From Saprospiraceae bacterium (lineage in GTDB: Bacteria > Bacteroidota > Bacteroidia > Chitinophagales > Saprospiraceae): a DNA stretch of 24,000 bases. Every line of letters begins with the position of its first letter. The first letter of the stretch is position 1. Position numbers and translations under genes: made by a program. The notes beneath the pieces are model-generated. The model made no database searches. It was not told the origin of the DNA and saw nothing but the letters and a program-made list of their open reading frames with translations. The stretch is from assembly GCA_028280415.1 (NCBI GenBank), contig JANQLV010000045.1:1-24000 (forward strand), written 5' to 3'. Positions 1-8,023 of the stretch are shown piece after piece.

Positions 1-94
1 CGAGGTTCGAGGTTCGAGGTTCGAGGTTCGAGGTTCGAGGTTCGAGGTTCGAGGTTCGAGGTTCGAGGTTCGAGGTTCGAGGTTCGAGGTTCGA
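1..94. repeat. Perfect heptanucleotide tandem repeat (CGAGGTT)n, about 13.4 copies, truncated by the left window edge
   Basis: Direct reading: 'cgaggtt' repeats without a single mismatch from position 1 to about 91, then 'cga' followed by 'tagtaa'. The true length is unknown because the window starts inside the array. Confidence 0.97.
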
Positions 95-218
95 TAGTAA
101 AACAATTTCGTTAAAAAACTACAAAAAGCTAAAATTGTATGTAATTTTGCAGCCCGAAACTTTATGATAAAATTGAAATTTCCAACTTGATTGTTTTTTA
201 TAATATTAAAAAGTTGAA

Positions 219-1559
219 ATGAAAATAATCATTGCCGGGGCCGGAGCTGTCGGATTTCACGTAGCGGAATTGCTTTCTAAAGAAGATCAGGATATCACAC
301 TGATTGATGCCGATGAAGAAGTTCTCAACCACGCCAATACCCACCTGGATGTATTAACGATCTGTGGTGATGCCGCCTCAATTAACATTCTGGAGCAGGC
401 TAAGGTGGATAAGGCCCGACTCTTTATTGCCGTTACCACTTCAGAAAAAACCAATTTATTACTGGCAATACTGGCCAAACAAATGGGAGTCAGAAAGACC
501 ATTGCCCGCGTTAATAATCCGGAGTATTTTGAAGAAAGTCAAAAAGAAAAGTTTAAAAACCTGGGCATCGATGTTTTAATCTCTCCGCAACTCCTGGCTG
601 CCCAGGAAATCAAACGCCTCCTGAAAAGAGCCTCTTTTACTGATTTATTTGAATTCGAAAACGGGAAAATTTCCGTAGTCGGATTCACCCTGGACACTAT
701 TTGCCCACTGATTAATCAAACCATCTCCCAGATTGATGCAGTCAATCACGACTTTACATTTAGAGGCGTCGCTTTATTGAGAGAAAACAAAACCATAATT
801 CCAAAGGGAAATACCTTGCTTAGAAAAGGGGATCATTTGTATATCGCTACGAGAAATCAATATCTGGATGCCGCGATGAATTTTGTGGGCAAACAGCTTA
901 AACCTATTAAAAATGTAATGATTATCGGAGGAACGCCTCTGGCTTTGCGCACGGCTCAACTTATCGAATCCCTCTACTCCATCAAGATAGTATTAAAAGA
1001 TAAAGAGGTCGGTAAAAAATTCATTGAAAAACTGGCTAAAAGTCTGGTCATCCATGCTGATCCCAGTAATATCGATACCCTCAAAGAAGAAGGTCTCGAA
1101 CAGATGGATGCCTTTATCGCTTTAACACCTAACTCCGAGACCAATATTATTACCAGTTTGATTGCCGAAGAAGTAGGTGTTTACAAAACAATTGCCAAGG
1201 TCGATAATGTGGATTATACGCATATCTCTCAAAATATCGGGATTGATACGATTATCAATAAAAAACTGATTGCTGCAAATAACATATTTCGCTTCGTTCG
1301 TAAAGGTAAAGTCGAAGCGATTGCCAGTTTGCACGGTGTAGATGCGGAAATGATCGAATTTGAAATTCATAAAAGTAATCGCCTCACCAAAAAACCAATC
1401 AGAGAATTGCATTTACCTAAAGAAACCGTAATTGCCGGAGTAGTACGTGGAGATCAAAGTTTTATCCCGGATGGCGACTTTATTTTTGAGATCAATGATA
1501 AAGTCATCGTACTAGCTTTGCCAGAAGCGATTCATCAAGTAGAAGAAACGTTTAAATAG
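219..1559 (+). CDS. trkA: Trk system potassium uptake protein TrkA (two tandem NAD-binding RCK N/C domain pairs)
   Basis: 446 aa ORF. N-terminal Rossmann motif 'MKIIIAGAGAVG', with a second 'VMIIGGTPLA' half. The length and two-lobed architecture are typical of TrkA, and trkH follows immediately. Confidence 0.95.
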   Translation: MKIIIAGAGAVGFHVAELLSKEDQDITLIDADEEVLNHANTHLDVLTICGDAASINILEQAKVDKARLFIAVTTSEKTNLLLAILAKQMGVRKTIARVNNPEYFEESQKEKFKNLGIDVLISPQLLAAQEIKRLLKRASFTDLFEFENGKISVVGFTLDTICPLINQTISQIDAVNHDFTFRGVALLRENKTIIPKGNTLLRKGDHLYIATRNQYLDAAMNFVGKQLKPIKNVMIIGGTPLALRTAQLIESLYSIKIVLKDKEVGKKFIEKLAKSLVIHADPSNIDTLKEEGLEQMDAFIALTPNSETNIITSLIAEEVGVYKTIAKVDNVDYTHISQNIGIDTIINKKLIAANNIFRFVRKGKVEAIASLHGVDAEMIEFEIHKSNRLTKKPIRELHLPKETVIAGVVRGDQSFIPDGDFIFEINDKVIVLALPEAIHQVEETFK

Positions 1560-3022
1560 TGATTAATTTCAGGGCAGTAATCAACGTTATCGGTGTTCTC
1601 ATAATGCTTTTGGGCGCTTTTATGCTCACAGCTATTCCCTTTTCGCTCTACTATCATTCGGAAGACAGTTCACCCATCATCAGTTCCTCCTTCTGTTGTA
1701 TTCTGATCGGTCTCATTCTCTGGTGGTTCAATAAGGATTCTGAAAAAAATATAGGAAAACGGGAGGGCTATCTCATCGTTGCTCTGGGCTGGGTAGCTGT
1801 CTCCCTATTTAGCACCCTACCCTATCTTTTCAGTGGTTTTTTCCCCGGATTCACGGATGCCTTTTTTGAAAGTGTATCGGGGCTGACGACCACCGGAGCT
1901 TCCGTCCTTAAGGATATTGAGGCTGTTCCGAAGGGTATATTATTCTGGCGTAGCCTTAGCCAATGGATCGGCGGTATGGGAATTATCGTTCTGACGGTTG
2001 CAATCTTCCCGCTGCTGGGTATTGGAGGCGTAGAACTCTTTGTAGCAGAAGCTCCCGGTCCTACTTCGGATAAAATCCATCCCAGGATAAAGGAGACCGC
2101 CAAAAGATTATGGTTGATTTACGTTGGGCTAACCGCTGTTTTAACGATCATTTTGACTATTGATGGAATGACTTTTTACGATGCCATTAATCATGCTCTG
2201 GCGACTATGGCTACCGGCGGATTTTCAACTAAAAATGCCAGTATTGCTTTTTATGACAGTGCTGCTATCCAATACCCGATTACCTTTTTCATGTTTCTGG
2301 GCGGTATCAATTACACGATCATTTATTATAGTCTTACCGGAAATTTCAAAAAAGTCTGGCGCAGTGATGAATTCAAAACCTATCTGGGCCTGACCCTGTT
2401 GCTAATCCTGATTGTTAGTATGAGCATCTATCAAGTTAGCGACACTAGCTTTGAAAAAGCATTCAGGACGGCTGCTTTTCAGGTTATTTCCATGATCACT
2501 ACAACCGGTTTTGTCGTAGCAGATTATACAGCCTGGGCACCTGCACTCACCATTCTCTTCTTCCTGCTTTTATTTATTGGCGGAAGCGCAGGTTCGACGA
2601 GTGGTGGTATTAAAATTATCCGGCATTTGGTTTTTGTAAAGAATTCGCTATTGGAATTTAAACGATTATTACATCCCAAAGCTATTATTCGAATCAAAAT
2701 TGACAATCAGATTGTCGCTCCACGCATTCTTACCCATATTTTGGTCTTTCTTCTTTTATATCTGATTCTCTTCGTCATCGGCTCGCTGATTATGACCATC
2801 ATCCTCAGTGATTGTGATCAACCTTTATTAACTGCAATCGGTGCCGTTGCTACCTCTCTGGGTAATGTAGGCCCGGCAATTGGCGATCTCGGGCCTCTAG
2901 ATAATTTCGCAACTGTTCCGGTTATCGGAAAATGGTTGCTAATCTTATTAATGCTTTTGGGAAGACTGGAGTTATTTACAATATTGATTCTATTTACACC
3001 CTACTTCTGGAAAATGAACTAG
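1559..3022 (+). CDS. trkH: TrkH-family potassium transporter membrane subunit
   Basis: 487 aa polytopic membrane ORF with TrkH/KtrB-type pore-loop motifs ('GLTTTGAS', 'TMATGGFST', 'ITTTGF', 'GGSAGSTSGGIK'). Its GTG start shares one nucleotide with the trkA stop (taGtg). Confidence 0.95.
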   Translation: MINFRAVINVIGVLIMLLGAFMLTAIPFSLYYHSEDSSPIISSSFCCILIGLILWWFNKDSEKNIGKREGYLIVALGWVAVSLFSTLPYLFSGFFPGFTDAFFESVSGLTTTGASVLKDIEAVPKGILFWRSLSQWIGGMGIIVLTVAIFPLLGIGGVELFVAEAPGPTSDKIHPRIKETAKRLWLIYVGLTAVLTIILTIDGMTFYDAINHALATMATGGFSTKNASIAFYDSAAIQYPITFFMFLGGINYTIIYYSLTGNFKKVWRSDEFKTYLGLTLLLILIVSMSIYQVSDTSFEKAFRTAAFQVISMITTTGFVVADYTAWAPALTILFFLLLFIGGSAGSTSGGIKIIRHLVFVKNSLLEFKRLLHPKAIIRIKIDNQIVAPRILTHILVFLLLYLILFVIGSLIMTIILSDCDQPLLTAIGAVATSLGNVGPAIGDLGPLDNFATVPVIGKWLLILLMLLGRLELFTILILFTPYFWKMN

Positions 3023-3308
3023 CATAGAAAGTGGTGTTTTGTATTTGTGCTCTTATCCTATTTCATTTCGATTAAGCCATCTCAATAGCCAGTTAATTTT
3101 AGATGCAGCGTTTCACAAAAAGGCATAGGATATTGTTGCGATGCATTCTTGAAGAGAGAAAATGGGTTAATTCGTTATATTGATCCAAGTCCGGGTTCAA
3201 AGTTTATTTTTTATAATTTCATAAAAAAATATATTTTATAAAAGCTTTGTGCGAACTTTATCCTCCTTCATGAAGGCTATGCTGTAAAATTACCGAAGTA
3301 TTAAAAAT

Positions 3309-4376
3309 ATGAAACTTTGCATAACACTCCTTTTTTCCATTTTCTTAAGCGCTCCTGGAATCAGTCAGGAAATAATCGAAGCTTGTAAATCCGGACAGCC
3401 TTTACGAGAAGCTTTAAGAATAAATTATACTCCTAGTCAGACTTTGGGTTATGGGCCAGCCAGAGATACGCTCTATGCCCGAATAGATAGTGACAATTTC
3501 GAACTCTCTGGAATTTATACTGATTTTAGTGTTTTACTCGATCCCGCTGAAGACCCTACCGTTTCTGCTTTCCAGAATGGAGATGGCCTTAACGCAGAGC
3601 ATGTTTACCCTCAATCTCTGGGAGCGGGCCAGGAACCGGCTAGAAGCGATATGCATAATATCTTTCCGGCAAAAGTGAATGTTAACGAATCCAGAGGCAA
3701 TTGCCCCTATGGAGAAATCGAAGATACAGATACAGATCAGTGGTACTGGCTGGACATTCAGACTAATAATATCCCGGCAACTAATATTGATAATTATAGT
3801 GAAAAGGATGAAGAAGATTGCTTTTTCGAGCCCAGAGAAAATGTAAAAGGAGATGTTGCCCGGGCAATATTTTATTTCCATACGATCTATGAGGATATTA
3901 CAGAGAGTATTGATCCGAATTATTTAGATCAGCAAAAAACAGTTTTGCTTCAATGGCACAAGCAAGATCCCGTCACGGAGGAAGAACGAGTGCGGGATAG
4001 TCTGATTGCTTTAAGGCAGGGGAATCATAATCCCTATATTATCGACAGCTCACTGGTGCGCCGGGCCTACTTCCTGCCCGATGCGGTATATCCGGAAGGA
4101 TCAGAGGATTGCTATGATATAATTACCAATACCCGTACAACTGAAAAAGTTCAGTGGATAAAACTTTCAAATAGTATAGTTAAAGAATCCATCTTTTTTG
4201 AGGTCACTTCGGATACTCATATCATTATTTTCGGTTTAAATACCGTTCCGGTTTTACAAAGATTTTATGCTCCAGGCTCCTACTCCCTGGTTCTGGATCA
4301 ACTAATCAAGGGTACTTATATTTTATCTACATATAATGAATCTCAATCCATTGCTTTCAGGTTTATAAAAATCTAA
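3309..4376 (+). CDS. Secreted Endonuclease I family nuclease with a C-terminal T9SS-type sorting domain
   Basis: Signal peptide 'MKLCITLLFSIFLSAPGISQE'. Endonuclease I (EndA/Vvn-like) motifs 'AEHVYPQS', 'DMHNIFPAKVNVNESRGN' and 'KGDVARAIFYF'. The last ~75 aa are beta-rich and end in 'IAFRFIKI', resembling a Por/T9SS C-terminal domain. Confidence 0.85.
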   Translation: MKLCITLLFSIFLSAPGISQEIIEACKSGQPLREALRINYTPSQTLGYGPARDTLYARIDSDNFELSGIYTDFSVLLDPAEDPTVSAFQNGDGLNAEHVYPQSLGAGQEPARSDMHNIFPAKVNVNESRGNCPYGEIEDTDTDQWYWLDIQTNNIPATNIDNYSEKDEEDCFFEPRENVKGDVARAIFYFHTIYEDITESIDPNYLDQQKTVLLQWHKQDPVTEEERVRDSLIALRQGNHNPYIIDSSLVRRAYFLPDAVYPEGSEDCYDIITNTRTTEKVQWIKLSNSIVKESIFFEVTSDTHIIIFGLNTVPVLQRFYAPGSYSLVLDQLIKGTYILSTYNESQSIAFRFIKI

Positions 4377-4614
4377 TTTCGAAAAAGGTTTTCCTGATTT
4401 TAATCATGAATTTGAATCTACATTCTCCTATTCGGAACGTTTTGAGGAATTATTAATCAGTTTCCAAACAATTCTTTTTCGTCTTCCAAAATGTTTAATT
4501 TCCGTCAGCCGCAGAATTAAACTGATCTTTTAGGCTTATTGCAGATTAAATTGGTTAGCTTACAAGCTTTTGCACAAAACGAAATATTCCAACCATCCAA
4601 TAATCTAACAAATA

Positions 4615-5724
4615 ATGAGTATACCCGTAGTGAAGTTTAATAAAAATGATAATCCTGAATTCTATAAAGTTTTACAAAAAAGGGTCAATGCCTATTTCAA
4701 AGAAGGGAAGATTTCAAAGCATGCTAACCTGGAGATGGTCTTAAAAACGGTATTTATGCTCTGTTTGTATTTTACACCCTTAATACTGATGCTATCCGGT
4801 TGGATCAATACTGTTGGAAGTATGTTTTTGATGTGGGCCATCATGGGATTAGGGATGTCGGGTATTGGCCTTTCGATCATGCATGATGCAAATCATGGCT
4901 CATATTCCAGTGATCAAAGAGTAAATAATTTTTTCGGATTCATTCTCAACTTTATTGGAGGATATCACGTCAATTGGAAAATACAACATAATGTACTCCA
5001 CCATTCGTATACCAATGTTCACGGTTTCGATGAAGACATTGATAAAGGGATCATGCGTTTTTCGCCGGATCAGGAAGCCAATAACAAATTTAGATACCAA
5101 GCATTTTATGCACCTTTTTTATATGGATTAATGACCATATACTGGCTAATAGCCAAAGATTTTGAGCAACTTTTCCGTTATCGTCGAAAGAAATTATTAG
5201 CCGGACAGGGCTTGACTTTTCGAAGTGCATTGATTCAAATTATTTTTCATAAAACCTGGTACATCATCCTTACTATCATTCTCCCAATCCTTATTTTACC
5301 TATTAGCTGGTGGCTGGTGATCCTGGGCTTTTTACTGATGCACTTTATCTGTGGATTGATTCTGGCGCTGATCTTTCAACCAGCTCATGTGATCGAGGAA
5401 ACTGATTTTTTTAAACCAGATCATAAAGGTAGTGTAGAAAATAACTGGGCGATCCATCAGCTAAGAACAACCGCAAATTTCGCCAATAAAAGCACTTTCT
5501 TTTCCTGGTATATTGGCGGTTTAAATTATCAGATCGAACATCATCTTTTTCCACATATCTGCCATGTTCATTACAAACATATATCTCCTATTGTCAAACA
5601 AACGGCAGAAGAATTTAATATTCCTTATCATCAACACAACACCTTTTTTGACGCCTTAAAAAGTCATTTTACTTTGCTACATCAGTTGGGAACTGGCGCA
5701 TATGATCGTCAGTTGGAAGTTTAA
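4615..5724 (+). CDS. Membrane fatty-acid desaturase, front-end (Delta6/DesD-like) type, with no cytochrome b5 domain
   Basis: 369 aa with TM segments and three His boxes: 'HDANHG', 'HNVLHH' and 'QIEHHLFP'. The Q-x-x-H-H third box is characteristic of front-end desaturases. Confidence 0.9.
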   Translation: MSIPVVKFNKNDNPEFYKVLQKRVNAYFKEGKISKHANLEMVLKTVFMLCLYFTPLILMLSGWINTVGSMFLMWAIMGLGMSGIGLSIMHDANHGSYSSDQRVNNFFGFILNFIGGYHVNWKIQHNVLHHSYTNVHGFDEDIDKGIMRFSPDQEANNKFRYQAFYAPFLYGLMTIYWLIAKDFEQLFRYRRKKLLAGQGLTFRSALIQIIFHKTWYIILTIILPILILPISWWLVILGFLLMHFICGLILALIFQPAHVIEETDFFKPDHKGSVENNWAIHQLRTTANFANKSTFFSWYIGGLNYQIEHHLFPHICHVHYKHISPIVKQTAEEFNIPYHQHNTFFDALKSHFTLLHQLGTGAYDRQLEV

Positions 5725-5951
5725 ATTATCCCTTAATTTATATAGCATTCTGTTTTATCCATCCGTAGTGAATATAGCTTGCTTCCCGAAAGTAAAGTGG
5801 GCTTACCATTGTCTATTATTTTCATATTAAAAATAATTTATCTACGTAAAAACCTGATTTTTAAAATATAGGGGTTTTCCATGAAGCAAATAAGCTTATT
5901 CCGGGTCATCTTTGTATCGTACCGAAAACATGAAACCCTAAAAAAAATCAG

Positions 5952-6176
5952 ATGGCAAACACAACAGTCAATGAGCAAATTACAGATGCGATCACCCAAA
6001 CCAATGTAAAAGTTGTTGCAGAATCTCCTGCACAAGCGATGGGTACCCTTTATCAAATCGCAATGCAAGCCAACGGTATGTCGATGCAAAATGCCGTTTC
6101 CAACCAGCAAAATTTGAATCAACTCAATCCATCTATTGTCGCTCAGGCAATTTCAATTATTACTGGTGCTAAATAA
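5952..6176 (+). CDS. rebB: RebB / 'killing trait' family R-body subunit-like protein (short 74 aa form)
   Basis: 'VNEQITDAITQTNVKVVAESPAQAMGTLYQIAMQANGMSMQNAVSNQQNLNQLN' matches the conserved RebB-family N-terminal signature (xQITDxVTQTNxxVxxxxPAxAMGxLYQ ... QNAVxxQQxxN). It has no Cys and no signal peptide. It is the first gene of a same-strand cluster. Confidence 0.85.
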   Translation: MANTTVNEQITDAITQTNVKVVAESPAQAMGTLYQIAMQANGMSMQNAVSNQQNLNQLNPSIVAQAISIITGAK

Positions 6177-6209
6177 AAGCCATCTTAATTACTATTCAAG
6201 CTAGTTATT

Positions 6210-6593
6210 ATGAATACAGATCAAAACACCTCTTCTACAAGTAACCTTCCGGCAATTTCACCCGGTTTAGCTCAGGTTCAGGAAGCTGTACAATTTACGA
6301 ATGAACAGGTATTGCAACCCGATGTAAAGCCGATGGGAGCTACCGCTAAAGTAGTTGCGGATCAAGCCGCCGCGATGATGCTACAGGATGTTCGCAGCTA
6401 TTTACAGAGCAATGAGCAGGTTTTAACTATAGCGACCGCTAAAGCCATAGCTATGATCATGAGTCAGAACCCTCAGGAACAACAAGCCGGAACCAAAGCT
6501 CTGGAGGCTATTGCTCAGGTACAAACCAGTCTACCCGTTTTTGCCAGCGCTATTACCACTACCGCAGTTGAAATTACCACAAGTTTCAATTAG
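6210..6593 (+). CDS. Hypothetical Ala/Gln/Thr-rich 127 aa protein in the Reb-like cluster, possibly a very divergent Reb-like protein
   Basis: The ORF starts 33 bp after the previous gene on the same strand. Its composition resembles the Reb paralogs, and the local stretch 'AKVVADQAAAMML' resembles 'VKVVAEAPAMALG'. I recognise no other domain. Confidence 0.65.
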   Translation: MNTDQNTSSTSNLPAISPGLAQVQEAVQFTNEQVLQPDVKPMGATAKVVADQAAAMMLQDVRSYLQSNEQVLTIATAKAIAMIMSQNPQEQQAGTKALEAIAQVQTSLPVFASAITTTAVEITTSFN

Positions 6594-6633
6594 TCAACAT
6601 TCATCTGTTTGCGGCTATTAAAAAAACAAAAAA

Positions 6634-7614
6634 ATGAACTCCAAAAAACAAAGAAACAATATGAAGTCTTTCAGCAATACTTTCAAACCAGCCATTCTAT
6701 TTGGTACTCCAACGCTTGATCAACTCAGTAATCAAATATTTGTAAAGGAAAACAAAGAGGCTTTTGACAAAAACAACCATCAATTAACTTATAGCAACCT
6801 GCCCTATGATACGATCCCGGATGTTCCTGATGCAATGTCCGTTTATACCCTGGAGACTTCGAAATTAGGTGTTCGACCTAATATACGTTGCGTAAGCGTT
6901 CGTGGAAAAAAAGAATATACTCATTCGTATTTATTTGAGGCAGAGACCAATGATCGCGGTTTGGCAGTCATCATGTTAAAAGAAAACAATGCCGATAATC
7001 AAATCTATTGTAATGTTCGAATTTTGCCTTATTCTACCTTGACTCAGGTTTTAGTAAATACAAGTGGCGAGCAAATGGAGATAAACATTCCCAAATCAAA
7101 CATCGTCAAGTTAAATGTAACGCTCAAGCCTTCTACAACCGGAGAAGTTTTATATCGTACACATAAGACAGAAGTAGATTTACAAAATACCTCAGAGGCA
7201 GAAGCAGATCAAATCCGGCAAAACCTGGAGTTAAACGGAGCAAAATATGTTGCTTACTATGCGAGCATGATTACTACTCCCCAAGCCAATCCCAATGAAG
7301 GAAAAACGGGCCTGAGCCAAGCTTATTCTCTTGCTTTGGGTGATCCTGCTGATTTTATAAAAAAGTTGCTTCTATTTCTTTCTATGGCCAGTACATTAAC
7401 CGCATTGAGTATTGCAAGCGTGCGATATGGTCAATACAGAAATGATCTAAATAATGATGTCGCTCCGGAGAATGTTCGTGCATTTACTCCGGGCTGGACC
7501 TTTGCCATTGCCTTTTTTGCCGCACTCGGCGGCCTACTCCGTGGAGGGGCAGGCTTAATAGGTGCATTTCAAGGTGGCAGAAATAATAACAACAACGATA
7601 ATAATCAACATTAA
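6634..7614 (+). CDS. Hypothetical 326 aa protein with two C-terminal transmembrane helices and a poly-Asn tail
   Basis: Long ORF in the cluster, 40 bp from the previous gene, with no N-terminal signal peptide. Hydrophobic segments 'LLLFLSMASTLTALSIASV' and 'WTFAIAFFAALGGLLRGGAGLIGAF' lie at roughly nt 7366-7569. The C-terminus is 'GGRNNNNNDNNQH'. No recognisable family. Confidence 0.75.
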   Translation: MNSKKQRNNMKSFSNTFKPAILFGTPTLDQLSNQIFVKENKEAFDKNNHQLTYSNLPYDTIPDVPDAMSVYTLETSKLGVRPNIRCVSVRGKKEYTHSYLFEAETNDRGLAVIMLKENNADNQIYCNVRILPYSTLTQVLVNTSGEQMEINIPKSNIVKLNVTLKPSTTGEVLYRTHKTEVDLQNTSEAEADQIRQNLELNGAKYVAYYASMITTPQANPNEGKTGLSQAYSLALGDPADFIKKLLLFLSMASTLTALSIASVRYGQYRNDLNNDVAPENVRAFTPGWTFAIAFFAALGGLLRGGAGLIGAFQGGRNNNNNDNNQH

Positions 7615-7638
7615 CAAGTCCAATTAAAAACCGGAAAT

Positions 7639-8016
7639 ATGTCATCACTCAAATCATGCCCTCATTGCGGGCACAGTCTAAGTCTGGAGCAAGTTCAACA
7701 TTCCGATTCATCTGAGATCACCGATATTGAAGTCCTGGAACCTGATCAGGAACAGCAATTGGTCAAAACCATCAGTAAAAAAGTAGTAGGGGAAGTCATG
7801 AATACCATTCACCCCTTATTGGAAAAACTCCGCGAACTGGCAGCCGGTCAACAACAGGTTCAAACGCCAATAAATAAAATGAACAATCAGTATAACACTG
7901 AAGAGCAATTAAAAAAAATACAAGAAACTGCGCGTGAACGTGCTAAGGCACAAGAGCAAAAAATTGCAATCAGATTAAGAAAATTACAAAGCAGAGTATC
8001 GAAGCATTTAAGATAA
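7639..8016 (+). CDS. Hypothetical 125 aa protein: N-terminal CPHCGH knuckle plus a Gln/Lys/Glu-rich predicted coiled-coil with a basic C-terminus
   Basis: The ORF starts 24 bp after the previous gene. The N-terminus is 'MSSLKSCPHCGHSLSLEQVQH' and the C-terminal half is 'EEQLKKIQETARERAKAQEQKIAIRLRKLQSRVSKHLR'. No recognised family. Confidence 0.68.
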   Translation: MSSLKSCPHCGHSLSLEQVQHSDSSEITDIEVLEPDQEQQLVKTISKKVVGEVMNTIHPLLEKLRELAAGQQQVQTPINKMNNQYNTEEQLKKIQETARERAKAQEQKIAIRLRKLQSRVSKHLR

Positions 8017-8023
8017 TCCATCA

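Noticed and set aside
1-94. Whether the heptamer array could be a CRISPR array or a telomere-like terminal repeat
   Set aside because: There are no spacers and the unit is only 7 bp, so it is not CRISPR. Nothing else in the window suggests a linear replicon end, and this cannot be evaluated without the sequence to the left.
5838-6122. 94 aa minus-strand ORF overlapping the 5' region and the start of the first Reb-like gene
   Set aside because: It is antisense to a plus-strand ORF with a strong family signature. Its Cys/Arg/Leu-rich low-complexity composition is typical of shadow ORFs, and it has no recognisable motif.
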